A program made the translations under genes and the position numbers. Shown one piece after another: positions 25,675 through 37,600 of a DNA stretch of 64,000 bases (position 1 is its first letter; every line of letters begins with the position of its first letter). Under the pieces are notes generated by a model. That model was not told the DNA's origin and did no database searches. It was given only the letters and a program-made list of their open reading frames with translations. Source of the stretch: Laetmonice hystrix (lineage: Eukaryota). The stretch spans positions 14,942,001 through 15,006,000 of the forward strand of contig OZ249439.1 in the NCBI GenBank assembly GCA_965235115.1. Direction: 5' to 3'.

Positions 25675-28600
25675 TTAATTCACTGTTACTTCGCACACTT
25701 CTATCGACTGCTTCAGGAAGGCCGCCGGGTGAATGGCTAACATCACGCTACACGGAGGCTCAGCGCAATTGCATTCATATTCACATAGAGAGGGCAATGC
25801 AGACGAGCTTTGCGAACAACCGTTTGCGAAAAACTTCCTCCCAATCGGGTGGGCTTTCGTCATTGGCACCATTGTCTCCAGTGTTTTCCGTCTCTTGCCA
25901 TCTTGGACTATAAAACATGTCAGGTTTGACCCTTTAATGGCCACTTTTGTTTCCTGTGAATCTAGTGCTTGATTTAGTACAATGAACATGCCGCCAGGTG
26001 GCACCAGCGGTCGCTCAAGTGGAAAACAGGTGCTTGGATTGCCGTCCCCGACTCTTGTCACGTAACGTTTTACCTCGGACGTGTACTGGTTCGACATCCA
26101 AAGACTGGTGCTAGGATCCACAGCTGAAATCGGTAAGGACATTATTCCTGTTATGAACAAAAAAACAACAAATGTCCCGGACACGTGTGTATTTTCGTCG
26201 CTAACACGGTCATGCACTCACCCACACATTCACTCACCAGAACATCCAGCGGATATTCCCTTCCAGTAACCAAGGTGTCTGTGGTCGGGGTTTACGTCAC
26301 ACCGTAAGGTAAATAGACCGCCAATGTCACCAGGCGTGGCGTACCCATCGTCACAAAAAAACCTGGCCTCACTCCCATACACAGCCTCGTGTTCATCCAG
26401 CAACGTGGCGTTGGCCATCACTGGAGGCGGGTCGCAGACGACAGCTAGGAAATAAACAGAAACATGATCTTCATTTTGAGCAGATGTTCACAAATAAGGT
26501 AACCAATATTGTCAATATTGTCATTGTTAGGCCACCGGAAATAGCACAGGTTACAAAAGACTTGCACGCACTCAGTTTTTGTTTTAAAAAAGGGCAAAGC
26601 AATTTCCGGATCCAATCTAATTCCTTGTTTTTCTATATAATCATTATGCTGTGGGGCCCGTGTAATAATATGCCCTCTATCAACAGAGACTCAGTATCGT
26701 TTATGCGTCCACGTGGGACCTATGTATACTCAATATTGATATAAATCTTAATGTATTACTGGCATGGAATTGGCTTTGTTGCTTACAACTGCTATCCACA
26801 CAATAATATTGTCTAAGTGATGACCGAAAGTCCCTCTCCCGGTACTCGAGTCTGTTACTGAGTTACACCTTTACCTTCACACGCAGAGGGCGTCCCTCTC
26901 CAGGCCCCACGCGTGGCATCGGTTGTCATGACGTCACATACGGCGCTTTCCTCGACTGACCTCCCGTCCAAACTGTACCCCATGTGACACGTGTAGGTAA
27001 CTGTGGAGCCAACCGTCACGTTATATCTGTCGTCGAGTGTACTGTTACCCACCTCGGGAGGGGGGCTACAAATAATACCTTAAAGGGAATAAAATAATTA
27101 GTCACGTCGAAACAGGTTCCATGAGTTACGGTTTCATGGCTTGCATACATGGAGGCATCTGCCCCCCCCCCCCCCCCCCACGGCACTCTTGATAGCATAG
27201 AATTTGTTTTTAAGAGCTTACCTTGGCAGTCGGAGAAATTCTTCACCCACTGACCCGAACTGGGGACTTGGCTGTCCAGGTCGCATACTGCTGATTTATT
27301 TAGAGTCCCATCATCAAAAACATATCCATGATAACAACTGTAATTAGCCATTGTTCCATAGACAGTATCGCCATATCCGACGGTCGCCCTGTCTGTGTCG
27401 GGTGGAGGTCCACAGTCAACAGCTGAGCGATAAAAAAGGTGATCATATACCTCGACTTTCCATACGACGAAACAGTGCTCCAACAATTCAGCACACTCAC
27501 AATTCGCTCACATGTCCGGTTACAATTGTGAAGGATTGAAACCCAATTTAATGTTCCTACCTGTACAATTAACGTGAAAACCTTTCCATATTCCAGAAGG
27601 CATGATAGTGGAGTACTCGATATCACAGGTGAGTGTTGTATTAACTGACTCGTTGTCAATCCGGTAACCTTTTACACAGGTGAAGGTTACATTGGTTCCA
27701 AACAAATAGGATGGTCCCTCTATAATTGTTATTGAACCGTTCCTGATTGTCCCTGGCTTGCCACAACTAACCGCTGGAAATTGTAAAAGTGGAAAGCTTT
27801 GAAAAATTAGCTTCAAAATATATAAAGACAGAGAAATAACTGCTTTTCATAATCTTATTTTCAGCTTAACATCATTCTGGCTGTCATTAAGATAATCCTA
27901 CTCAGACCGATCATAAAACAACTAATCCTTCCTTTCACTACTAATCTAATGCGGCGTGATAATGCTTTTGTTATCCCATAAATATAGCCTCCATATGTTA
28001 TAAGATTACGTTGGCACGTCGTGAATGTCCAATTGCCGTCTGCCAAGCATCGCGCTGTGTACTCCGTTTCGTTTGCCACCGTCACAAAACCCCGTATGCA
28101 GGTCATGGTGCGGTTGTCGCCGAAGACACCGCGTAGACTTCCTTGGTGAGTGGTATTTTGTGGGACACCTTCACAGGGCACGGCTAAAGAGTTTTAAAAT
28201 GGCAATTAAGGTGCATGCATACCAGGTTTCCATTTTGCTTCAATGAAACAGAAGAAAAATCCGACGTTAGTCCATTATCTTGCTAAATGGTTCTGAGAAT
28301 TAATCTTCAGTGTTTCAGAACAACGTGGGTGTAAGCTCAACCATGGAGGCGTCTCAACCGATATCTCCAGAGTGGAGTAATTTCATCAGGCTCTTTCGAC
28401 CGGAAAACAGACTCGCTGATGGGTTTGACATAGACAATGTTACAAGATGAAATGAATGGAATAATTAACCCTTACTCAAATATTGGTATTTCAAGTAATC
28501 CACTGACCTTCGCAGTCGGTGAAGTTCTTAACCCATCGACCAACACTTGGTACCTCGCTGTCAACTTCACAGACTATAGATTTGTGAAGAGTTTTGTTAT

Positions 28601-31600
28601 TAAACCTGTATCCGAGTAGACAGCTGTAAGTAGCTACTGTTCCATAAGTAGTGTTGTCGTACACTACGGTACTCCTATCTGTTTCAGGAGGCGGTCCACA
28701 ATTAACGGCTGAAAATAATTTTAAAAAGGTTCACAAATAAGGAAAGACTAACTTAGAAATTGCTAATTCCTATTGCTAATATTTATTCTTACAGCATATT
28801 AACAGTAATAAAAAGGGATATAAAATACCTACCTGCACAGTTAGCAGGAACACCTGTCCAGACTGCTGACGGTGAAGTTACATTAGAATACTCGATGTTA
28901 CAGGTGAGTGTTGTATTTACTGAGACGTTGTTAATGCTGTAACCTTCTACACAGGTGTAGGTGACCTTTGTATCATACAAATACGATTGTCCCTCTATTA
29001 ATGTAATCCAACCGTTTATTATTTCCACTGGTTCGTCGCACTGAACCGCTGTGTTTAAAAAGAAATCACTTGATGAGCAATATACTCCTGACATGTGGCA
29101 CACAGACCGGCACCCCTCACGGTATCAGGCGCTTTCCCCGCCGGCGTTTTCCCCCCGGCGTTTTCCCCGCGGCGTTTTCCCCGCCGGCGCTTTCCCACCC
29201 CACCAAGTTCCCCGCCGGCGTATTCCCCCCGGGCTTGCCCCTACCCCCGGTCTATTCCCCGTCATAATGTCCCTGCCAGGGGCCTGGGGGATTCCCAGAC
29301 CAAATTACACAAATTACACAAAGAATTCAGAGGGGGAAAAACGTCCACAAACGATTTTATTTAAGCAAGGTTGACATGATAGGAAACATGTGAGACTTTC
29401 AAAATAAATCATTAGTTTAAAAGGTGGTTGACCCCTGACCATTTGACCATTGACCTTTGACCATTCCAAAAAAAGAATGATGTTTTTTTTATCCCGTATC
29501 CTATACGGGATACGACTGGGAAAGGTTTACACATATAACAGTTCTTCATGTAAGGCAAAAAAAAATTCGTTTCTTGTCCCCGCGCGCGTCACCTAACCCC
29601 CCCCCCCCCGCGTCAAGTCTTTTTTTTTTATTCGACTGCTTCATATGGTGGGCAGTGTAGCGCTGTGAGAGAACGTTGCAACGGTTCTTTGGCGTTGGCG
29701 TTTTTCTGTTAGTCGTATTACTTTATATGTCAGTTTTACACATTCTTTAATGAAAACATTGAACATCATTGCATTAGTTTTTTCTTCAAGATTTCTCCAT
29801 GTACCAAACAGCAATTGCATTCCAAGAATCGGCCGTTGTCTGGTTGTACCCCCCCCCCCCCCAAAAAAAAGATGGAAAAAACAGGAAGTTTAAGGATATA
29901 GGCGGACCTATATATGTGTGTGTTAATGTATGTTCTGATATGCCTTAGTTCACAAGTAAAAACTAAAATAATACCGTGCCTCGTGTCATTTATTTCCATT
30001 GCCGAGGGGAAGCCCGGGGGGGGGGGGATACGCCGGCGGGGAACTTGGTCGGGTGGGAAAGCCCCGGCGGGGAAAACGCCGCGGGGAAAACGCCGGGGGG
30101 GAAACGCCGGCGGGGAAAACGCCTAGACCCACACCTCACATATTGTGGCCTTCAAATATAACAACGACATATCGGCTATTCCATGTTAAAACGGACACAA
30201 TATATAGATAGTTTGTTAATGTCTGCAACAGCTATATCAGAGAACATTACGTTGGCACGTCGTGAATGTCCAATTGCCGTCTGCCAAGCATCGCGCTGTG
30301 TACTCCGTTTCGTTTGCCACCGTCACAAAACCCCGTATGCAGGTCATGGTGCGGTTGTCGCCGAAGACACCGTGTAGACTCCCTTGGTGAGTGGTATTTT
30401 GTGGGACACCTTCACAGGGCACGGCTGAATGGAAAGGGGTAGATGTTGGTTAATGGGAACTGAAGTACGATTGATACGATTGGTATGAGTCAACCAAATA
30501 AGACGGTGACGTCATCAACTAAATTAATGCGATGCATTCAGTTCTGGTAGAGTTATAGAGTTATGATTATAGGTATAATGTTAAAATTTGGGTGATACAG
30601 GCATATTCTGACCTCTGCCCATCCGGTCACACGGTCTTGGTTATCACGGCAACTGTGGTAAACTTACGATTGCATGCGATATCGGTGGGTTCAATGTGGC
30701 TTAAATCCCTCGTACAGTCACAGTTATAAGTAACCGAAGCATTGCCGTTGAAAAGGAGGAATCCCCTCCGACATGTGTAAGTTACCCCGAACGAGGTTGG
30801 CGTCTTCATGCTGTTGTTACCTTCAGGGGCCTTCGTACATATCTCCTCTGGAACGTAGTATCAATTATAACACAAGAGATTTCTTTATGTAAGGAACGTA
30901 ATATCAATGATAACACAATGGATTTCTTTATGTTTAACAGACTATGTTAGAACAATCAAAGAACAACACCAGGCATCTTAGGAAAATTCTAAATCTGTAT
31001 CATTGCTAGTTTTACAAACTTGACCATTCTCTAAAAGGTTGCCTATAATCTTCTCTCTTATTGGAGTAAATATGAGACTGGCACCTCTGCCATGATTATA
31101 AACTCAAGAAAATGGTCCTAACCAATAGTTAGCTCGCACACATATGGATACAGGCTATTGTATGCATGGTTGGACCAATGACCGGTCGAGCTGATGCGAA
31201 GGCCGTCAATGTGAGTGTAGGAAGGTTGCCCTCCTTCCCAGTTGGTCCAGCCAACCCGAGACCCGTCGGTCCAGTACCACTGGTTATTGGAGATACTGGT
31301 CCGTGTCCACACGTAATTAACGTCTGCCCTGTCAGACAACACGTCATACCGTACGTCATCAGACGAGGAGTGGCGACACCCAATCATGAAGTCATTCAAC
31401 ATGGGAGAGAAATGGTGAAACTAATTGATACCAATTACGATTAGTGCCATTACGAAAGCTGTTGCCAAAAATGGCGATACTCTGATGGTCAGAGCCGTCA
31501 CGTACATTAACTCGACGATTCGTTCATTCTCATCTTGGTTGAGAATTTTAACAGGACGTGTGCCATTGGCTGCGCACTTAGAGGTCACGTGGCTCCAGTG

Positions 31601-34600
31601 TATGGATTCGTTGTAGAAATAAAAACACGCATCTGGATGGCGGTGACTTTCTGCAACGGTCAGGGCTCATGTTAACAAGTAAATCCACACCTTTGGGAAT
31701 TATACAGATATGCGTAGGTAGACAAGGTCGACTTTGTATCATACCTACACTAAATGTCTAACTAAGAAATGCAATGCATTATCAGGGGCCAATCCAGGTT
31801 TTGATGGTCCTCTAGGAGCATCAAAAATAGGTTGATTCATGAGGGAAAATAGACGAAAATAGGTCTTACGGGAGGTAACTCAAACGGGTGTTAACGAATA
31901 AGCAGGGGTCGGCCGTTGATTGTCCCCTCCTGTAGTGGAACCGGTCACAGAAGGGTGGAGAAGTAGACAATAGGAGAGTAATTACCTGTACAGAACAGCA
32001 GTGATCCGAGGGAGGAGCAGGACCGGGAGAACGTCTTAGTACTTGATCCGTCTGGGAACGCGTGCTCGGATTGGCAGGTGTACGTCACGTGACTCTGATT
32101 GACGAGGGATGTGGCAAACGGAACATCCGGTACGGGTTTGACACCAGACATGTCTGTAAGGGAGTCGGAGTGTATACTTTCTTCGATATTAGAATTTTTC
32201 TGGTCAAATATGATTTATTTTTGTGACGAGTCATCTTTTTGGGTAATGATTCAGGCACACTATCAACGAACGTTACAGCTCTACTGTATAGTTCGTAAAA
32301 CAATAAGAAGAAAGTTTCAAACTTCAGATTACTTGGTTCTTATATAAAATTACTCAAGCACACAGTTTTTTCTAGCATGTCATTTAGAAAGTCTGTAATT
32401 ATCCCTACCTGGGATTGCCTCGCAGACTCCTTTACGTGGCCAACTATAGTATATATCAAACCACGTCCCTTGGCTGGTGATTGCTATTCGCTGCTTCTGC
32501 CAGTGAGGTGAGCGATTCGTAGTCCACCAATTAGACCAACCGACAATTGTGCCGTCGGGCCACTGCCAAATGCTATCAGTGTCCTCGTCACTGGCACCAA
32601 TGAAGGTTTGGCTTCCTGTGCTGACAATGTGACATCAAGCTACGATCAAACCATTATTAAACACGGTTCATATACACCAATCACGTCTATTACCATTATA
32701 TTTGGGGGAGAAAAGACTACTCGAGACTTAAGGCCCGGCCACACAGCCCTTACGACCCGATCGTCGGGCATAAACCAGCAGAGTCCGACGGGTAAAGACG
32801 ATTCGGAATGCCAGTGATGCCCCATGCGGAATAGTTGATAAACGACGCGTGAACCCTCTGCATCTCTGCAGTTTAACGCCCGCTGTGCACTGCCGACGGA
32901 ACCGTCGCGTCGCAAATGTTCAACATCTCAACATTCCCGACGCGACGAATTCGTCGGCTGATTTGGCCCGATGCGCGCCCCGGCCACACAGACCGATGCA
33001 TACCGACCTGATCGTCGCAGACCATCGGGTTGGTCTGTTTCGCCAGGCCTTGAAACTAGTGATATTCTACTGTCATTATTGGGAAACGGAGTGGGGGAAG
33101 ACTGTTTTGTGTTGATAGTTACAATATTTCGACAATCAGCTGGTTTTCAGTGGCGTTAAGGACCATCGCAGGTTGGAGGCCGCGGGATTCGCAGTAATCT
33201 GCGAAATCGGTCGACTTCATGTAGGTGAGGGTCTCTCCAAAACATACGTCTTCCCTGCTAGCACCTGGAGTATGAGTGAGTGAGTGAGTGAGTGAGTGAG
33301 TGATTTTCTTTTTAAATGCACGGGCATCAGGCGTCACCCAGTTACTTTGAGAATATCGGGAAAGAGCAAAGTTGTATACTGCCGTGAAATGACAAAAGGA
33401 AGGGTTACTTTCATCAAAATCGACTTAAGTGTAAATTTGGATTCAGGGAAGTAAGTCCTATCTATCAATGGGTGTATTTCTGCTAAACATCCTTCTATGA
33501 AGCTATCAGTCACATGACAGAAGGAAGCATGGCCATCCAACTGCACTGTATAGAGACAACTTGTTTATGTCCATTTCTCGAAACTTGAACTTTTGGACTT
33601 GCTTCCTTTTGTCATTTCACGGCAGTATAGTCCTCTACTGGAATTGACCCCCGGCGCCAAGATTACTGCACCCATTCGCATAGCATAAGGTATCAACACC
33701 CATGCGTGCGTGGGTGAGTGAGTGAGTGGGTGAGTAAGTGAGTAATGGTGGTTTTACGCCGGGTAGGCCTGGAGTACGAGCACCATCGAGGTATTCAGGA
33801 GGTTCCACTGCCAACAGCTTTAGGGAAGACTTTGTTCAGTGCCGTCTGAGACTATCAACACCGGTATACATACGGAAGCATGGTGCTGTATTGGCCATTG
33901 AGACAACAGCTCGGTGGTATATTCTGCTGTCTGAACCATCACTGAAGGCGAATCCTGAGTCACACGTGTACGTCACGTGAGAGGAATTGGAGGTGAAGGT
34001 CGCATTAGGGAGTAACGGAGGGGTCACCTCCGTGTTATTGTCTGCTAAATAGAAAATCTCTCTCGGCGTTTGTTTCATTTTACAGGACTTCATGCTCTTT
34101 CGAACAACCATAATCTATCTAAAATCAAACACAGATATGCTGTATAACACCATCCGCCTTGACTGAATACCCATACATGTATCTACACCTAGCCTGAAGG
34201 TATCTCTCTCGCGTCATCTTTGTCTGACGTTGCTAAGCAACTTGCGAAAAGAACCACTTATCCATTTCGTGGATAATTAAGTATTATACTGACCTGATAT
34301 CATCTCGCACATAAATTGTCTGACTAGATATGTGTCGGCAAACCAGCGGCCATTATGGTCCACAAGGAGGTACCCGCCATAGCCGGCAAGTACGGATGTC
34401 CAGTTGGCCCAACCTACACGGTAGCCATCCGACCACCACCACAACCCTATCCTCGCACTTTCCTTGGCACTAACCCGTATGTAAGGAGCCCTTCAAACAG
34501 AAGGCGCAGGTCCACAGGCTCATACGGGGTACCCCCACCCCACACAAACACACAATAAAATAGTGCAGTGTATTGAGATAGTTGTACATGCAAACAGTGC

Positions 34601-37600
34601 GTATTACTTGGAATTACAGGGGTATCTACATTATACAGAGCACATTATAATAAGTGCAGCATGTTCGCTCAAAGGAATCATTCAACGAAGATTTAGTGGG
34701 GATTTTGTTATAATTAATACAAAGGATAACTTGTCCTTCGCTGTAACTTACGTCATTGCCTTTAGAAGTCTGGTGTTTTCGGCGGCATTATAGATGCTAG
34801 CAAGCGTACCATTGCCCTCTCTACAGAGCTTCAGTGCCGTCACGTAGGAAACATGAAGGCCAGACTCGACGTAATACACGTATTCCCTCTCCCTGCCTTA
34901 AAACATATTCCTACCTTCATTAGTTACATATAGTTTGTATAGGTTCTCTATAACTGACCGATTCCTACTCCCGGGACATAGTGACGTCATGGCAGATCTT
35001 CGGGAGGGAGAGGGGTGATAAGAGGGATACTGCTGATTAGACCCCAGAGCTTGGTGTATGTAAAATACTCACGAAAACAGGGCGACAGATTAACAAGCGA
35101 GGTACAGGAGCGGTTGACGAGTCTGTTTGTTGAACCATCATCAAAAGTAAATCCCTGGTCGCATGTGTAATTCACGTACGACTCGTTGTAATCTACAACG
35201 GTTGCGTTTAGCATCAGCTCCGGTGGTTCAGTAACAATGGCTGTCGGGACGAGATGGTTCACTACCATTACATGCCATTCTGGTACGGGATCAAAATATA
35301 CTGGACCGTAATCGTTGAAAAACAATCCACTAGATGGTGCCGTCATAAAAACCACTGGGTAATTCCTCGACATAAGCCCGCACAAATAAACGGGGGTTAT
35401 TGAGATATTTATTACTGTATACTTTTATATTTAACTCGACTTCAATCCACCTCCCACCCCTCAACCTCCGGAATGTTTAATCAATGTGAAGAAATGATTG
35501 GGCACTCAACCCTAATACTGCATGTCGACCATTGTCCCTGTCGAAACGTTTTGACGCCATCTGGTGGATCGTTACTAGAATTCGGCCCAGTCGTATTGCA
35601 TTAATTCTTCACTACTTAAAGGGACTCAGATGTCAACATTTGGAATCGTAGGCTGCAGATCTGGTAGGTACTGTACGGTTATTGAGGACTAAACGAGCTT
35701 GACTGTGCAATAATCACCTGGTGTCTTTTCGCACAATACCCTGCCCACGTGGTATATTCTTACGTCAGTCACAGACTGGGTGTCCTTCCAGAAGATCAGG
35801 TAGTCTCTGGGGTACCTGTAGCCAGGGTAGTCGTAATGTGGCGTATTGGGCGACCAGCTGGAGAAACCAATGTCCCAGTTGTTGGACCATCTCCAGCGTC
35901 CTTCAGTGGCCACATCATTGCCATCAATGATGGCATGCGCGGTGTACCTGTCCGGGTGACAATGGTAGACATTGTGTCAATAACTACGCGTCATTTGGGC
36001 CTGATGGGTTATCAATTGTTGATTCGTGGAGCCTTCACAAAGGAACCGATGGGGGACTGGTTCACGCGTAAGTTATGGGTCAATGTAGCCGGTCAATCCC
36101 TATTACATGTAATGGACGAACAAGAAACTAGAGAGACGTCTCTCGAGTCTCATTTGGATCAACAAAGCGATCCCTAAACATAACATAAATCCTGGTATCT
36201 ACTCTAATGAAAAGATCATCAAGTTTTGTTTTCTCTAATTAATACTAGCGTTTGTAACACTAGCGGTTTCTGAAACATCAATGAAACAGGTCGATTTCTG
36301 TTAAACGTTAAATAACACTACTGCTGGAGACTCACATTATCTGCGCCAGGTAAGAACTCTCTTTGTGATTCACGACCCTGGCCAGAGTTGTGCCGAAATC
36401 AACACACAGTCCTGGCGCATAGTTAGGTCTCGTTGAAAATGCAGTGTGTATCGCGCATTTCTCCTCTCGTGAAATCCCTGCACAAGTTAGCAAACCAAAA
36501 TCTATGTTGTATTTTATCGACTCCAAACCAAAAGCTTTTAAAGTAAAACACGTGATTGTATGATCTATATCCCGCCCATCAATTCATTTTACATGTTGCG
36601 CCTTTCAACTATAGAACTACGAAGAATATTAGATGAAGACCCCACCTGTTTCGAAGGAAAGTGATGTTTTTCTTTCCAAATTGTCTTGTGATACATATTT
36701 TCAAGTTTCAACCCCTCAAACAGTAATAACCAATATTGCTAAAATAAAGCAAACAACGCGTATATAGGCCTAACTGAGGCATGGAGGGCTACCCATAGAG
36801 TTTGAGTGAAGTTTCACGTGACATACACAGGCAGTGGACTGTCTGTGCCAGTGAGGCACAGGAACACGGGTACGTGATGTCCTTTATCTCCTCTGTGAAG
36901 CCATAATCCTCGTCACACGTGTACGTCACATGGGTTCCATTGTTCACTTGGACGGCGTTCGCCACCTCCGGCGCGTCTTCGCAAGGTCTGTCGTCTAGGA
37001 ATGTGTAAGTCACAACATACCCGCGGTTAACTAGGGTTTTTATTATACGCGCATTCTGCCAATGCCATTCAGGGAGTGTCATAGGGTGGTCCGTATGGAA
37101 CGCGTGTTTCATACGGACTGATTTGCTATTACACTCGGTTGTTCCAACAGCAAGCCCCATCCCCTCAGTTTGCTGCCACTTTGTGAGCACCGTGTAGAAA
37201 AAATGGGTGGAGGGTGTCCACGAGGGCACCCCACCTTCGGCGTCGTGTCATGTCATGCCGTCTGTCTATATCTCTCTGTACTCACCAGGTTGTTTTTCAC
37301 ACACGAATCGGAGCACTTGTCTGCACCAGTCGTCCACCCACCGTCCATCGGATCCTACCAGGGAGCAGTTCATCCCCATGTGATACGGTTGCGATCCGAC
37401 CCAGTTCGTATAGTTTAGGATGTGTCCAGTTGAGAATCTCCATATACCGGTCTCAAGGGCGTCGCTAGCGTCCAGGTAAACAGGGTACCCACCCCTGTCA
37501 GCGGTACACATACCAATGTATTAATTTGCTTACATGTATGACTCTATTTTATGTAGGTGTTTGTATTATGTACCTATATAGCCTACATCTCGTCTACAGC

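Noticed and set aside
29051-30211. Pro/Arg/Gly-rich ORFs on both strands
   Set aside because: They are translations of the GC-rich inverted arms of the foldback element.
32730-33060. Palindrome-rich intronic segment as a defined MITE or Helitron
   Set aside because: It is probably TE-derived, but the termini (AGGCCCGGCC vs GCCAGGCCTT; CTAGT end) are too imperfect to assign boundaries or class.
33334-33546. ORF between lectin-gene exons as an additional exon
   Set aside because: It lies inside the TA-flanked MITE, has no CTL/CCP motif, and the gene model is phase-complete without it.
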